This document shows, one piece after another, positions 14,078-27,990 of a stretch of 64,000 nucleotides of DNA; position 1 is the first letter of the stretch, and each line of letters starts with the position of its first letter. Position numbers and translations under genes: made by a program. The stretch lies in the NCBI RefSeq assembly GCF_009914755.1, contig NC_060930.1, one strand, 5' to 3'. This stretch comes from the human T2T-CHM13v2.0 reference genome, Homo sapiens. The notes below the pieces were generated by a model. The model ran no database searches. It was given only the letters and a program-made list of their open reading frames with translations, and was not told where the DNA came from.

Positions 14078-15768
14078 TGTGATGGTTAATACTGAGTGTA
14101 AACTTGACTGGATTGAAGCATACAAAGTATTGATCCTGGGTGTGTCTGTGAGGGTGATGCCAAAGGAGATTAACATTTGAGTCAGTGGGCTGGGAAAGGC
14201 AGACACACCCTTCATCTGATGGGACCATCTAATAAGCTGCCAGCAAATAGAAAGCAGGCAGAAAAACATGAAAAGGTGAGATAGGCCTAGGCTTCCAGCC
14301 TACATCTTTCTCCTGTGCTGGATACTTCCTGCCCTTGAACATCAGACTCCAAGTTCTTCAGGTTTGAGGCTGGAATTGGCTCTTCTTGCTCCTCAAGCAT
14401 GCAGACAGCCTATTGTGGGACCTTGTGAACATGTAAGTTAATACTTAATAAGCTCCCTTAAATATATATATATATGGAATATAAATATTCTCTATATATA
14501 TTCCATATACATATATACATATGGAATGTATATATGTGTATATATGTGGAATATATATAGAGAGAATATATATATTACCTATATATATTCTCTCTATATA
14601 TAGAGAGAGAATATATATATTCTATATATAGAGAATATATATGTAATATATATATTCCATACATATACATATAATATATATATTCCATACATACACATAC
14701 ATGGAATATATATATTCCATGTATGTGTATGTATGGAATATATATATTCCATGTATACCATATACATACATGGTATATATTCCATATATACACATACATG
14801 GAATATATATATTCCATACATATACATACATGGTATATATTCCATACATATACATACATGGTATATATTCCATACATATACATACATGGTATATATTCCA
14901 TATATATACATACATGGTATATATTCCATATATACATACATGGTATATATTCCTATATATACATACATGGTATATATTCCATATATATACATACATGGTA
15001 TATATTCCATATATATACATACATGGTATATATTCCATATATATATACATACATGGTATATATTCCATATATATATACACATACATGGTATATATTCCAT
15101 ATATACATACATGGTATATATTCCTATATATACATACATGGTATATATTCCAATATATACATACATGGTATATATTCCATATATATACATACATGGTATA
15201 TATTCCATATATATATACATACATGGTATATATTCCATATATATACATACATGGAATATATATATTCCATACATGGAATATATATATTCCATATATACAT
15301 ATATATATTCCATATATACACAGATATATATTCCATATATACACATATACATGGAATATATATCTGTATATATATGGAATATATATATGTATATATATGA
15401 AATATATATGTATATGTATTTATATTATGTATTTATATTATAAATATATATTATGTATATATATTTATATTATAAATATATATTATGTATATATATTTAT
15501 AATATAAATATATATTATGTATATATATTTATAATATAAATATATATTATGTATATATATTTATATTATAAATATATATTATGTATATATATTTATAATA
15601 TAATATATATTTATAATATAAATATATATTATGTATATATATTTATATGTGTGTATGTATTTATATATGGAATATATATAGAGAGAGAATATACCATATA
15701 TATATTTGGGCTATATATATGAATATAGTGAATATATGAATATAATATATATAATATAAATATATATG

Positions 15769-15824
<56 letters not shown>

Positions 15825-15865
15825 TTCTATTAGTTCTGTCCCTCTAGAGAACCCTGACTAATACA
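14078..15865 (+). mobile_element. MLT2A (HERV-L) solo LTR with an internal expanded VNTR
   Basis: Termini tgtgatggttaatactgagtg...ctctagagaaccctgactaataca; perfect 5-bp TSD atacc at 14073-14077 and 15866-15870. Confidence 0.9.
14461..15822. repeat. Compound AT-rich VNTR: ~26-30 bp CATACATGGTATATATTCCATATATA units, then ~30 bp AT-rich units, then (AC)n
   Basis: Tandem units are directly visible at ~14750-15260; AT-rich array ~15420-15640; (AC)n 15775-15822. Confidence 0.97.
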
Positions 15866-16364
15866 ATACCCATACTTATAAAGTATGCAATACTGGAGAG
15901 AGGAATCATGGGGGCCCTCCTAGAGTCTGTCTGCCACAGGATCTGATAGAACTTCCATTTATTTAAACATCCTGCCTTTTTATCACTGATTAATTCTTCT
16001 TCATTTTTTGCTTCCAGCAACCAGCTATTATGCTTTTGAAAAACAATTTACTAACCATCATTATTCATCACAGGTCAATTTTTTTCTACCCTGAGGATGA
16101 GTGTCATTTGGATAGAAAACATTTCTAATCTCCCAAATTTGATGATAACACTGAGTTTCTGTTAATTTACTTTTTTTCTGCTGTTCTGCAAGCGTTAACA
16201 AATATAACAGTATAACTAAGTGTTAATCCGTTACCACATTCAGTGCTTTACCTCACCAGATTTTATATTTGTATCATGTACTCTGTCTTGAAATCTGAAT
16301 GTATCTTTTTGAGCCATTCCTTTTTCTGATTCTCCCAGGCCTGTTTTTTCTTATTAAATACATT

Positions 16365-18650
16365 TTTAGAGCCATTTTAGATTAATAGCAAAATTGAAGA
16401 AAGGTACAGAGAGTTCCCAAGTACCCCTGCCCCTCCACATGCACAGCCTCCCCCATTATCAGCATCCTCCACCAGAGTGATACATTTGTTACAATTGATG
16501 AATCTGCATTGAGACATCATTATCACCCAGAGTCTATAGTTTACATTGTGGTTCACTGTTAGTGTTGTACATTCTTTTGGTTTGTAATAATAACATGTAT
16601 CTACCATTGTAGCATCATATATGGTATTTTCACTGCCCTAAAAATTCACCATGCTATGTCTACCCAGCCCTCCCCCTCCATCCTTTCTAACCTCTAGCAA
16701 CTACTGTTCCTTTTACTGTCTCTATACTTCTGTCTTTTCCAGAATGTCATATAGTTGAAGTTATATGTTGTCTTTTCACATTGGCTTCTTTTACTCAGTA
16801 ATGTAAATATAAGTTTTCTCCATATCTTTTCATGGCTTGATAATTCATTTCTTTGTATCACTGAACAATAATCCATTGTCTGGATGAACCACAGTTTATA
16901 TATCCACTTACCTCCTAAAGAACAACTTGGTTGCTTCCAAATTTGGGCAATTATGAATAAAGCTGCTATAAAGGTCTGTGCACAGATTGTGGTGTGGATT
17001 TAAGTTTTCAACTCATTTGAGTAAATACCAAGGAGCACAATTGCTAGTTCATTTGGTAAGAGTGTATTTAGTTTTCTAAGAAACTGCCAAACTGTCTTCC
17101 AAAATTGCTATACCATTTTGCATTTTCACTGGCAATAGATGATAGTTCCTCTTCCTCCACATCCTTGCCAGCATTTGATGCTGTCACTGTTCTGGATTTT
17201 GGGCATTGTAAAAAGCGTGTAGAGCTATGTTATTTTTGTTTCAGCCTACATCTCCCTGATGACATATGATGTTGGACACCTTTTTTATCTACTTATTTGA
17301 CATCTGGATGTCTTCTTTGGTGAGGTGTCTGCTAAAATCTTTGGCCCATTTTTACCATTGAGTTTTAAGAGTTCATTGTGTATTTTGGATTGCAGTCCTT
17401 TATCATATATGTTTTTGGAAAATGTTTTCTTCCATACTGTTGCTTTTCTTTTCATTCTCTTGACAGTATTTTTCACAGAGCACAAAGTTTTAATTTTAAT
17501 GAAAAGCATCTTGTTAATTCTTTCTTTCATAGATTGTGCAAAGACAGTGTCATGTCTAAAAAGTCATCACCAAACCAATGTCATCTAGATTTTCTCTTAT
17601 GTCACCTTCTAGAAGCTTTATAGTTTTGCATTTTTACATTTAAATCTTGATTTATTTTGAGTTAATTTTTGTGAAAAGTACCAGGTCTATGTTTAGATTC
17701 ATTCTAGATTCATGTGGATGTCCAATTGTTCCAAATCCATTTGTGGAAAAGACTATTCTTCCCCTATTGCTTCGTCTTTGTTTCTGTAACAAAGATTAGT
17801 TTGACTATATTATGTGGCTCTATTTCTGGACTCTTTATTCTGTTCCATTGATCTACTTATCTAATCTTTCACTAGTACCACACTATCTTAATCAATGAGA
17901 GTAAGTCTTGAGGTTATAGTGTGTCACTGCTCCAACTTTGGTCTTTTCCTCCAATATTGTGTTGTCTGTTCTGAGTCTTTTCCTCTCCATATAAAGATTT
18001 GAATCTGTTTGTTGACATTCACAAAATAATGTGCTGGCATTTCTATTTGAATTGCATTGAATTCATAGATCAAGTTCAGAAGAACAGATATCTTGAAATA
18101 TTGAATAATCTTATCCATGAACATGGCATATTTCTCCATTTATTTACTTCTTTGACATTTTAACAGAGTTTTGTAATTTTTCTCATATAAATCTTGTACA
18201 TATTTTGATGGATTTATTCCTATGTATTTCATTTTTGTGGTGCCAATGTGAATACTATTGTGCTTTTAATTTCAAATTTTACTTGTTAATTGCTGGTATA
18301 TAGGAAAACAATTGACTTCTGTTTATTAATCTTATATCCTGCAACCTTGCTACAATTGCTATGAGTTCCCAAAGTTTTTTGCTGATTTCTTTAGATTTTC
18401 TACATAGAGAATCGTATGGTTTGCAAAGACAGTTTTATTTCTTCCTTCTCAATCAGCATACCTTCAGTTTCCTTTTCTTGTCTCATTTCATTATGACTTC
18501 CAGTAAAATGTTGAAAAGAAGTGTTGAAAGGGGACATATTTATATTCCTGGTCTTAGGAATTTTCTAGTTTCTCACCATTAAATATGATGTAGCTTTTTC
18601 TAGATATTCTTTATCAAGTTGAACAGTTTAACTTACATTTCTAGTTTAAT
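16365..18650 (-). mobile_element. 5'-truncated old LINE-1 (L1MC-like)
   Basis: L1MC-type 3' UTR at 16365-16700; ORF2 remnants 17285-17530 and 17924-18139 (LIYEFNAIQI..IFIWRGK). Confidence 0.85.
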
Positions 18651-20571
18651 GCCTCAGGATTTTTTACCCATAGGAGAAATTGTTCTTTTCATGTCATTTT
18701 TTTGCCACAGTTTGGCTCTTAGTACGTATTCTTTCTCTACACTGTATCTCAGATGGAATCTTCCTCCCTACTGCCACCACTGCTGTCTCATCACATCTCA
18801 CCTGAATAGCATAGCAGCTTTCTCCTCAATTCAATTGAATGCACTTCCTCTCTCTTCTGTTCTGTTGTTCCACACATTAAAGTCACACTTTCCTCCTAAA
18901 GCACTGGATTTATTTTGTCACATGGCTTTCTTTTGCCTGTCATATTAGAATTAAATATTTAGGATCTGTTATCCATTCTCTCCAATCTACCCTCCCAGCT
19001 TTTCAATGTGCCTGGAGTAAGTGTTTAAGATTTGTAGGAAGGAAGGAATGAAGGAGGAAGGAGGGGGAAAAACAGAATGCAAGGAAGGCAGGAGGTTAAA
19101 AGTTGTAACTTTTTATATTTGTTTTATCTCCACCTATGCTTTCCAAATTGTGCGATAGAAAACACTGCTTTTATTCCAAGCATGTCATTACACTTGTTTT
19201 TACCTCCATTATTTTCCTATGCCACATTTGGATTATTCAACAATACTGGATCACTTCTGCTAAGAAAACTAAAAATCACCTCTCTATCCCCATTGACCAG
19301 ATGGCAATCTCTGCTCTAATCACTACACTCCTGGACCACTTCAACCTAATTTCCATTTAACCTCACTACTCTCAGTCTATGTCCTTTCTAATCAGCAGAA
19401 AATACTGCTGCCAAAACCAGCTTTATTGCCTGCCAGTCCTCAAACCCTGTGTTTGCTCCCTGTCACTACTGTACAAAATTCAAATTCTTCATAATTGATT
19501 TTCTGGCTCTTCAGATGAGTTCCTCTGCCGAGAATTCAGGCAAACTAAGGTCCATTACCGCCCCCCGCCCCACGTGTTGTCTCCACTTTTATTGTCAGGT
19601 TGAATAGCCACTGGTTCCCAAATTAATTTACAGCTTTACATTTTTATTTTTCTTCTGAATTATCCAAGTTTACTTTCATTTATACCTCTTTAAAAGTCTA
19701 CTCTGGCCAAATAAGAATGGAAAAAGTCATCCACCCAGGATTATCCTTAGAAAAAAATGACCTATTTGATTTTTCCATTCCAAGATTATCACCTTACTGG
19801 TAACAGGTGAGGCCCTCTCTCACACCACCTCCTCCTACAACACAGAATAAGCATAGCCAGGAAATTAAAAAAGAAACAAACACACGGTAATAAACTGAAA
19901 TATACTTTACAATATAGTTTTTTTTGACGATAGGTCTTAAGAAAATCACATCACTTCTTTCTAACTTCTTTCCTGTGTCAGTACACTGTGATTTCTTCAT
20001 GATCATCAAATGATAAAAGTGCATTGTTATATTTTGTTAAAGGATAAAAATATAAAATGCGATATTCGAATAAAACTGAATATTTGGCTATCTTTCTATT
20101 AAAAGGGCCTAAAATCACTTCTATTATAAAATGTATTACTACATGTATTAATATGTTTTACCTTTGTTTAAATACTGGTTTAACTCCTATTAGAACTCAT
20201 AAGCTGTAATTCACAATGCATCAGAAAAGAAATATTCCACTACTATTTTTTAAATAAATATTTTCATAACGGCTAAAAGTAGGATGGAAGTAATAAACAA
20301 AAATAACTTTGCTGTTTTTCTCAGCTCTTCATAAATTTGCATCAGAGTTTGTAGATGATACAAAAATCATTGAGACAAAGTATTCTCATAAAAACACTAT
20401 TTCTCACCCTCCCGTTTTGTTATATAAAAATAAACAAAGCTCTGTGAGATAAATGAGCACAAAATAAATTGCCTTTAAATAAGGTAGTTATTTTTTTCAC
20501 AGTCACTCAGAAGTTTTATTATTTTAATGAAGGTCATTATCACTTCACATATAAAAATTACGTAACATGAG

Positions 20572-20865
<294 letters not shown>

Positions 20866-21174
20866 TATATATGTAACATGAAAAAGTCAGTTATGTGATG
20901 CCAGCTCCAGTAGTATCACAAGACGAACTATGCATTTGATACAGGAAACATTTTTATGGTTTTAAATGCCCAACCTATTGTTGGAGCATTTAGTATAATT
21001 TGAACTCATCACAGTGAACATTATGCATCACAATGCAGATGTTAAAGAAACCTGATCTGGCCAGTATTTACACTGAACTTCTATCTCAAATCACATTCTT
21101 TAAAATTATCCATTCAGAAGTGTGCTAAGTAAAAACAGGGTCGTTTGTATAGAATTCTCCTGCCTTGGGGAGTA

Positions 21175-21505
21175 CATTTATGAGCCACATGACATTTTGG
21201 TCAACCACAGACCACATATACAATGTTGGTCCCATAGATTATAATACTGTTTTTTTCTGTATGTTTTCTAGGTTTAGACATGTTTAGATACACAAATAGC
21301 ACTTTGTTACAATTGCCTACACCATTCAGTACAGTAACATTTTGCACAGGTTTGTAGTCTAGGAGTGATAGGCTATACCACATAGCTTAGGTGTGTAGTG
21401 ACCTATACCATCAAGGTTTGTATAAGTACACTCTGTGATGTTCAACACTGACAAAATTACCTATGGATCCGTTTCTCAGAACCATCGCTAAATGATTCAC
21501 GACTG
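21175..21505 (+). mobile_element. Tigger3a-like non-autonomous TcMar element
   Basis: gacattttggtcaaccacagaccacatatac...ggtcccatagattataat and terminal cacgactg resemble recalled Tigger3 ends; TA precedes the 5' end. Confidence 0.75.
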
Positions 21506-23819
21506 TTTACTGTAGGTTGGAGAGAGGCATTTAAACCAAATATTCCAAGGTGATGTGGTAGGTAGTGTTATCGAAAAAAGCCCAGATAATAGGGTGACTC
21601 AGATAAGGAACACTTAACTCACCCTTGGAAGATGAGAGAAGGCAAGGTGAAGGTGAGGTACTTCTGTCTGAGCCTTGAAGGCTGAGGAGTTATTCGGAGT
21701 AGTAGGTGAAGGGGAGAAGGGAAAGGGCAGGCATTTCAATCAAACACAGTTTGGCATTTGTGTGGCTGGAGCACAGGGAGTGTCATACCAGAGGAAGCCA
21801 AAGAGGTTCCAGATGCTGGATGTGGATGCATTAGCACACTGTTCTTTACATCTCCAGTTAGTTAGACCCTTCCTGTCTTAAGACCCATAGAGAAAATGCA
21901 CCTTATGAATCCAAGCGGGAACAGTATACAATATAAAGTCCTCTAAATTGCATCTGTTTCAGTCCTGCCTACTTGCTTGTAAACTGTAAGAAAAATAAAG
22001 GTCCATTTTTAAAATAATTTGTAAAACACATTTTTATAAAAGCTGTCCTTGCCATAAAAATCAGTAACCCAAGTCAATTACCCTAAATCTGCATCTTGTA
22101 CACCCACATTCCAAGTGTTTAAGGCATTTGTTTAAAAGCACGTTTGCATATATGAATATTTAACATAGAGTATGTAATTAAACAAGTCTATGTGTGTGTG
22201 TATATATATTTACTGAGCATTATCTTTAGCAGAAAATAATGGAATGTTCTTCACCCTGGCATTCATGATTCTGTTGTCCTGGCACATATGGTGAGTAGGA
22301 ATAGTACTTGAGGCTCACTCAAGCAGTCGCTTTAATGAAACCATCACAATCAGGCACTCTGCAAAGCAGTATTCTGTTCCTCTGTTCATTAAATCCACCC
22401 CCCAACCCTTTCAACTTTGCATAAATTGCATAGGCAGTGTTATTTACCAATTGGAACCGGCAGGAGTAAATTAGCACCGGCTGATTGAGAGACTTTTGCC
22501 CAGTGAACTTTATGTTCCCCCATTGAATCCATTTATTGTTGCCATTCCTGCTTTGGAATATGACTTCCCTAGAAAGCATTTCTTCATTCAGCCTCTGTGC
22601 TGGAAACAGACAACAGCTTGAATCCAGCAGCTGCTCTTGAACAAAGCAGGTAGAGAGGCAAGAAAGGCTGTTGAATAAGCGCATCATGACATAATTACAG
22701 TAAATCTCCAGAGTGACCTGCACACATTCAATGCCATATGGTTATTTTTGGTGCTAGAAACGTGTAGCTGGAAGCCATAGTTTAATCTAGTCACTTTCTG
22801 AAGCTTCCTGCTAGCATGAAATTGATTTTTTTACCTAGAAAATTAACATGAATATTTATTGACAGAAGTGAAGACTATATTTGCACAGTCAGCTAAGAGT
22901 GCCAGTAAATTTAATAAAAATATTTGGGTTTTGTTTTACCCAAAAGTATACAAATAGGTGATAGAAGGTTTTGTTTTCTTTTGTTATGGAGTTATTGACT
23001 TTGTTTGTTTTGTTTTTCAAGCTCTAGCAGTACCTTTATAATATGTCATATATGCCCTTAAACCATCTCCTCTTCCTCTTCCTCCTTGTTTTTTTATTGG
23101 ATAGTGTTTTTTCAGTAGTGCATGGAAAGACTGTTCTTTGCTTCTTTTAATGTCTTCATTTGTCTTTAACTAGGTAAACAGGATTTACTGCTACTGTAGC
23201 CTACCCAGAAAAAAAAAAAAAAAGTAGAACCTCAGAACAGATTTTCAATATGGATGATACCTTGTGGTCCATCAGGGATTAATAAACAACCCTTTCTGCC
23301 TCTGCTTCTGAAAATACTTTAGACTGCAGAAGATTTAGATACAAACGTATATGTCAGAGAGATTGACCAGCTCAGAACACCAGCCATCAAAACTCATTTA
23401 AGGGTTTCTTAGGGCAAATCTATTCTTACCAGGACAATAGCATGAATCTCAGACAAATATTTTAAAGATCTCATAACTCTCTTGCAAGAATTTTCCTTGA
23501 ACTCCACTTATTGATTTGATTCTGAGAGCTTTATGAAGGTTAAATATTGTTCTGTGCATTCACATAATGCAATGGTCTTATATTGATAACAGTAGCCTGA
23601 GTAACCAAATTTTAAGCCATGTCTATTTTAAAACGAGAGTTCTGGCAGATATGAAGAAATCTGCTTTGTGACTTGAAAGGACATTTATTTTCAGAGGACT
23701 ATGTTGCATTAAAAAATATTTCATTTTCCTATTACCTTAAGTGAAAAAGGAAATGGAATGCAAACTCGGCTAAAGTAGGAGGGTTCAAAGAACACATAGG
23801 TTCATATAGGAAGGAGGGC

Positions 23820-24446
23820 TGCAGGAACAGAAAGATGTGCTATCTTTTCTCACCCATCATAAGGGCCATGGCCAACACTCCTCTAAGTAAAGACTGGTTA
23901 ACAAGAGAAAGGCATAACAAATTTATTTAAGCAAAATTTTATGTAGCATGATGGCATTCAAAATGAAGACCCAAAGATGCAGGGGAAACTGCTTTTGTGC
24001 TTAGGTTCCTTGAAGAATGGACAGCCTTGTAGACATGTGATTGGACATAATGGTGGGATCTAATGGCAATAGACTGAGAGGGCAAACTCATCTGTCTGTT
24101 CAGATTCTTCTTGGTCTCTCTGTGTAGCATTTCATCCTCTCAGGTAGGAGGAAGGACCTCTGTGAGAGTCTTCAGGGAGAAGGTAAAGAGTGATCTTTCT
24201 AGATTTGATTGCTTGCTTTGGAGGAGAGGGGTTCTAGCTTCCATGACCTACCTTGGAGAAGATGAATTCTGGTTTGTATGAATCACTTTGCATGCGAATG
24301 TGAAGTGGGAGACAGGAGGAAAGGAGAAGCTCAGAGAGAGAGTTTGCTTCTGAGGCTGCTTCTGAGGTTTTCCAATTTCCTTTCATTAAAAGTACTCAGT
24401 ATGCCTAAGTGCCATATTTTGGGGCATCATTTTCCGAGCCCCAAAA
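23820..24446 (-). mobile_element. ERV1 solo LTR (MER39/MER34-like)
   Basis: Ends gtactcagtatgcctaagtgccatattttgggg...gagccccaaaa; 4-bp TSD gggc at 23816-23819 and 24447-24450. Confidence 0.75.
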
Positions 24447-27085
24447 GGGCCACATACAAACTGGTTTTGCTTCAGAGTTTTCTCCCTGCCGCAAGCCACC
24501 TCCCATGCCCTGAGACCTGCGGGATTGAAAATAGGCCTCCAGATTTGCTGTCTACCGGACAAAAAATGGATGTTCCTCTTATAAGCCTGATATTGCCTCA
24601 TAGCTGGTCTTTCTTGTGCTATCATCATGGGAAAACACATAAATCCCTCATAACAGAAGCAAATACTTAGCTATCTGTGTCACCCTGACAAGTTAAATTG
24701 CTGAAACCTCAAGCATGTTTAGGTGTCTTCTTGAGAATCAAACCCAATTGATATGTTGTTTTCTGCGCTTGATTGTATAAATTTACAAAAAAGTAAAAGG
24801 ATCTATTTTTTTTTTTTTTTTGCAGGAAAATAAGTAGCTGTATAGGTCAAGAAGATTGAAATAACAGAATTTAGGGAACTTGTTCCACAGTTGAAACAAT
24901 CAGTACTTATTTAGGCTACTGTAATTTGTTTGACACTTGCATGAATAGGGGTTCCAAACAAGGTCACTTGCGATTTAGTAAGTGCCTCAGTAGCAAAGAA
25001 AACTAAAAGATGGATTTTTTTCTATTGACTCCCTGCATGACCTTCAATGAGTTATTTGCGCATAGCTTTTGTTACCTCCATTATAAAATAAAAATCATAA
25101 TATTAATCGTTTTTCCCCAGGGTTTTCTTTAAATCTTGAAAAGTTTTTAAAAATTAAAGTGCAGTATAATCATTAAGGGTCTAAGAGTCAGAACACATAA
25201 CCTGGGCATCTGCAGAATCCCTAGGTCTTAAAATTCCCAAAACAAATCAACTAGATTTTCACAATGTAAAGGTAATGAATATGACAACAGTAGTGGTGAG
25301 GTGAGATGTAGGAATCAGAAGAAGAAGGAAAAGATGTCTTGTGTTGAAAAACACAATTAAATTAATTAGATGATGGTGTTTCTGGCTTAATCCTTGGTTA
25401 CTCAACAGATTTTTTAATCTAGTGGCTCATTAACCATGTAATACCTAACTTATATTCTAAGATTTTCATCACAATTTGTTTCTTCATATAAAACATCTAT
25501 TATTTTTTCATATCGCAGTTATGAGTACACTTCTGTGTCTTTATCACACTAGAGCTCTCCTAAATGATAAACATTATGACAATTTAATATTTACTCTGTA
25601 TAAGCTATGCTTTTATAAAGTCCAGCAGAAACTGATGCAGGATTTCAGCCTGCAAAATAAGTGTAGGTTAATAGGCATTTGTTTTTTACTTGCAGCACTT
25701 CAGCTAACTTTTCCAGTCTATATTGTTTCTGTTTCAAATGCTACATTTTATTATTCCTATAAAGCAAACATTAGGTAATATTTCTATTGTATACTAACAG
25801 GGATCAGCAAAAGATGTATGTACTAGAATATATTCTCTAAGAAGAATTCAGGGTTTCATTTAGTCCTGCCGCTAAAACTCCTATATCTTACACACTGGCA
25901 CCACATAGACTTGAAATCCATCTTGGTGGCTGGTCTGTCTAAATGAGTCAGCAAGGATGGTGTGTATCTTACATTCAGAAGTCTTAGTTTGATGGGGTTG
26001 TACGATCCCTGACTTCATTACAAGTACACCTGTGACTGAACAGGTGATGAAACATGGAGCAAATACACAGAGACAGATGGATTCAGACTGGCATAATTGT
26101 AGTCTTACTTCATTATTATTTTCCCAGGCTCCAGGTGATTTCTATTTTTCTTTATAGCATCACTTGTCTCAGGAAGTCCCAGTGGACCTTGAAACAGAAG
26201 AGAAAGATGCATCCTGGTTTTTATCTAAGCCAGTTTGCAGTGTGGGCACTTCAGAGGGTTGTGCTATGAAAAAGCAATTAGCTTCTTGAGTCTAGGGTGC
26301 CATTTAAAATATCTAAGCTACTGTGCTTCATCATAAAATTGACCTTTTTAATTTTTTATGTTAGAAATCTCCACTAAAAGTGTTAGCATAAAAAAATGTG
26401 CAGCTCCAGGGAAAATATGAAAGGCTTGGGAAGGAGTAGTGAAAGTCTGTGTTACCCTGAAGAAAATTTGAAATCAGCTCCACTTGGATATAATAAATAC
26501 CATGTCATGAAGTACCCTGTGCTTAATTTTTAAATAATTGGTATCATTAAGTAACATAACAATGACATAGCAACACCAGTTTTGCATAAGTAGGCAGGCA
26601 GTGTATCTTAGATTTACAACCGACTTACAATCTTGCAGGATAATTACTTTGCTCTCTAGAAAAGAAGTCCTTTTCTCATTACCTTTGACTGTCATTCCTA
26701 TGCCATAATCATCTTAATGTGATTGTAATTTATGTATTGTGTTTTTCAAAGCTATATCAGATTTGCCATTTTAATTTTCCTGTCCAACTCCAAAGTTTCA
26801 GTGGGAAAAAGTCAACGTCAATTTACAAAACGTAGGGGGAAGTTATTTAGGAACAAGAGAATTTCCACAGAAGGTCATCATATTCATTTATGCATCCCAT
26901 AGTTTTGTCACTGCCAGTAATAACACAGAATGTTTTCTAGAGGGGTGTAGAGGTTAGTGCAGGGTAAAGGTTGAGAGTTAAATTACTTGTGATCCAGGCC
27001 TAGCAATTCCACTCATTAACTGTAGGGCTTTTGGCAAATTATTTAACCTTTTGGTCCTTCAGCTTCCCTGTCTATAAAATGAGAT

Positions 27086-27990
27086 TGCAATCTAGTTAGT
27101 TGTAGTTGTAGATCCACCCCAAAGCTTAGTGGCTTAAAGCAATAATTTAGTAATTACCTCTCAGAGTTCTGTAGGTTAACCAAGTTTGGCTATGTGGTTC
27201 TGGCTTGAGGAACTCAGTCACATGATGTCTGGGCCTGAGGGGAAGTCATGTGGACTGAGCATTCAAGGTGGCTCACAGTTGATGCTAGCCATTGTTGAAG
27301 CTTAGCTGGAATGTGAACCAGAGTGCCTCCTGATGGCCCTGCCATATACTTCAGCTTCTCATAGCATGGCAGCTCAGTTTGGAGGGGGACGGCAACCCAG
27401 GAAAGTGCCTTCCTAGTGACCCAAGAGGAGGCTGCAAGGCCTTTATGAACCAGCCTTGTTATACGGTTTTGATCTCTGTCCCTGACCAAATCTCACGTCA
27501 AATTGTAATCCCCAGTGTTGGAGGTGGGGCCTGGTGGGAGGTGATTGGATTACAGAGGCAGTTTCTCATAAATGGTTTAGTGCCATTCCCTTGGTGCTGT
27601 TCTTGTAATAGAGAGTTCTCATGACATCTGGTTTTTTAAAAGTGTGGAGCACCTTCCCCACTCTCTTGCTGCTGCTCCAGCCATGTAAGACATGCCTGCT
27701 TCCCTTTGCCTTCCAACATGATTACAAGTTTCCTGAGGTCTCCCCAGAAGCAGAGAAGATGCCAGCATCATGCTTCCTGTACAGCCTGCAGAGTCGTGAG
27801 CCAATTAAACCTATTTTCTTTATAAATTACCCAGTTTCAGGTATTTCTTTATAGCAATGCAAAAACGGACTAATACACCTTGGAAGTCACAGATTCATGT
27901 AATGGGAAATTAGACTCTACATTCTGATGGGAAGGGTGGCAAGATCACATTGAGAAGAGCATATGGAATGGGAGAAATCATTATTTTTGT
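27086..27990 (-). mobile_element. Old MLT1-type MaLR LTR interrupted by MSTA
   Basis: ccccaaagcttagtggcttaaagcaataa... start; continues after the insertion as ggaagtcaca...attagactctac. Boundaries approximate. Confidence 0.65.
27459..27877 (+). mobile_element. MSTA MaLR solo LTR (nested)
   Basis: ccaaatctcacgtcaaattgtaatccccagtgttggaggtggggcctgg...ggactaataca; perfect TSD ccttg at 27454-27458 and 27878-27882. Confidence 0.9.

Larger units (their letters stand above)
13140..15938 (-). mobile_element. MLT1E/F-type MaLR solo LTR interrupted by MSTA and MLT2A LTRs
   Basis: Begins tgtattagttatctattgctg; ends gagtctgtctgccaca. Pieces at 13140-13576, 13985-14077 and 15866-15938. Confidence 0.75.

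Noticed and set aside
14750-15260. CRISPR-like regular repeats
   Set aside because: Head-to-tail units with no unique spacers, no cas genes and a primate context; this is a VNTR.
14575-15507. Long ORFs (120-268 aa) rich in Y/I/H/M on both strands
   Set aside because: They arise from the stop-free tandem repeat and are open in all frames; not proteins.
22319-22723. 134-aa minus-strand ORF
   Set aside because: Non-ATG start, no recognisable domain and no convincing splice context.
24278-24670. 130-aa ORF
   Set aside because: Mostly antisense LTR sequence; no protein similarity recognised.
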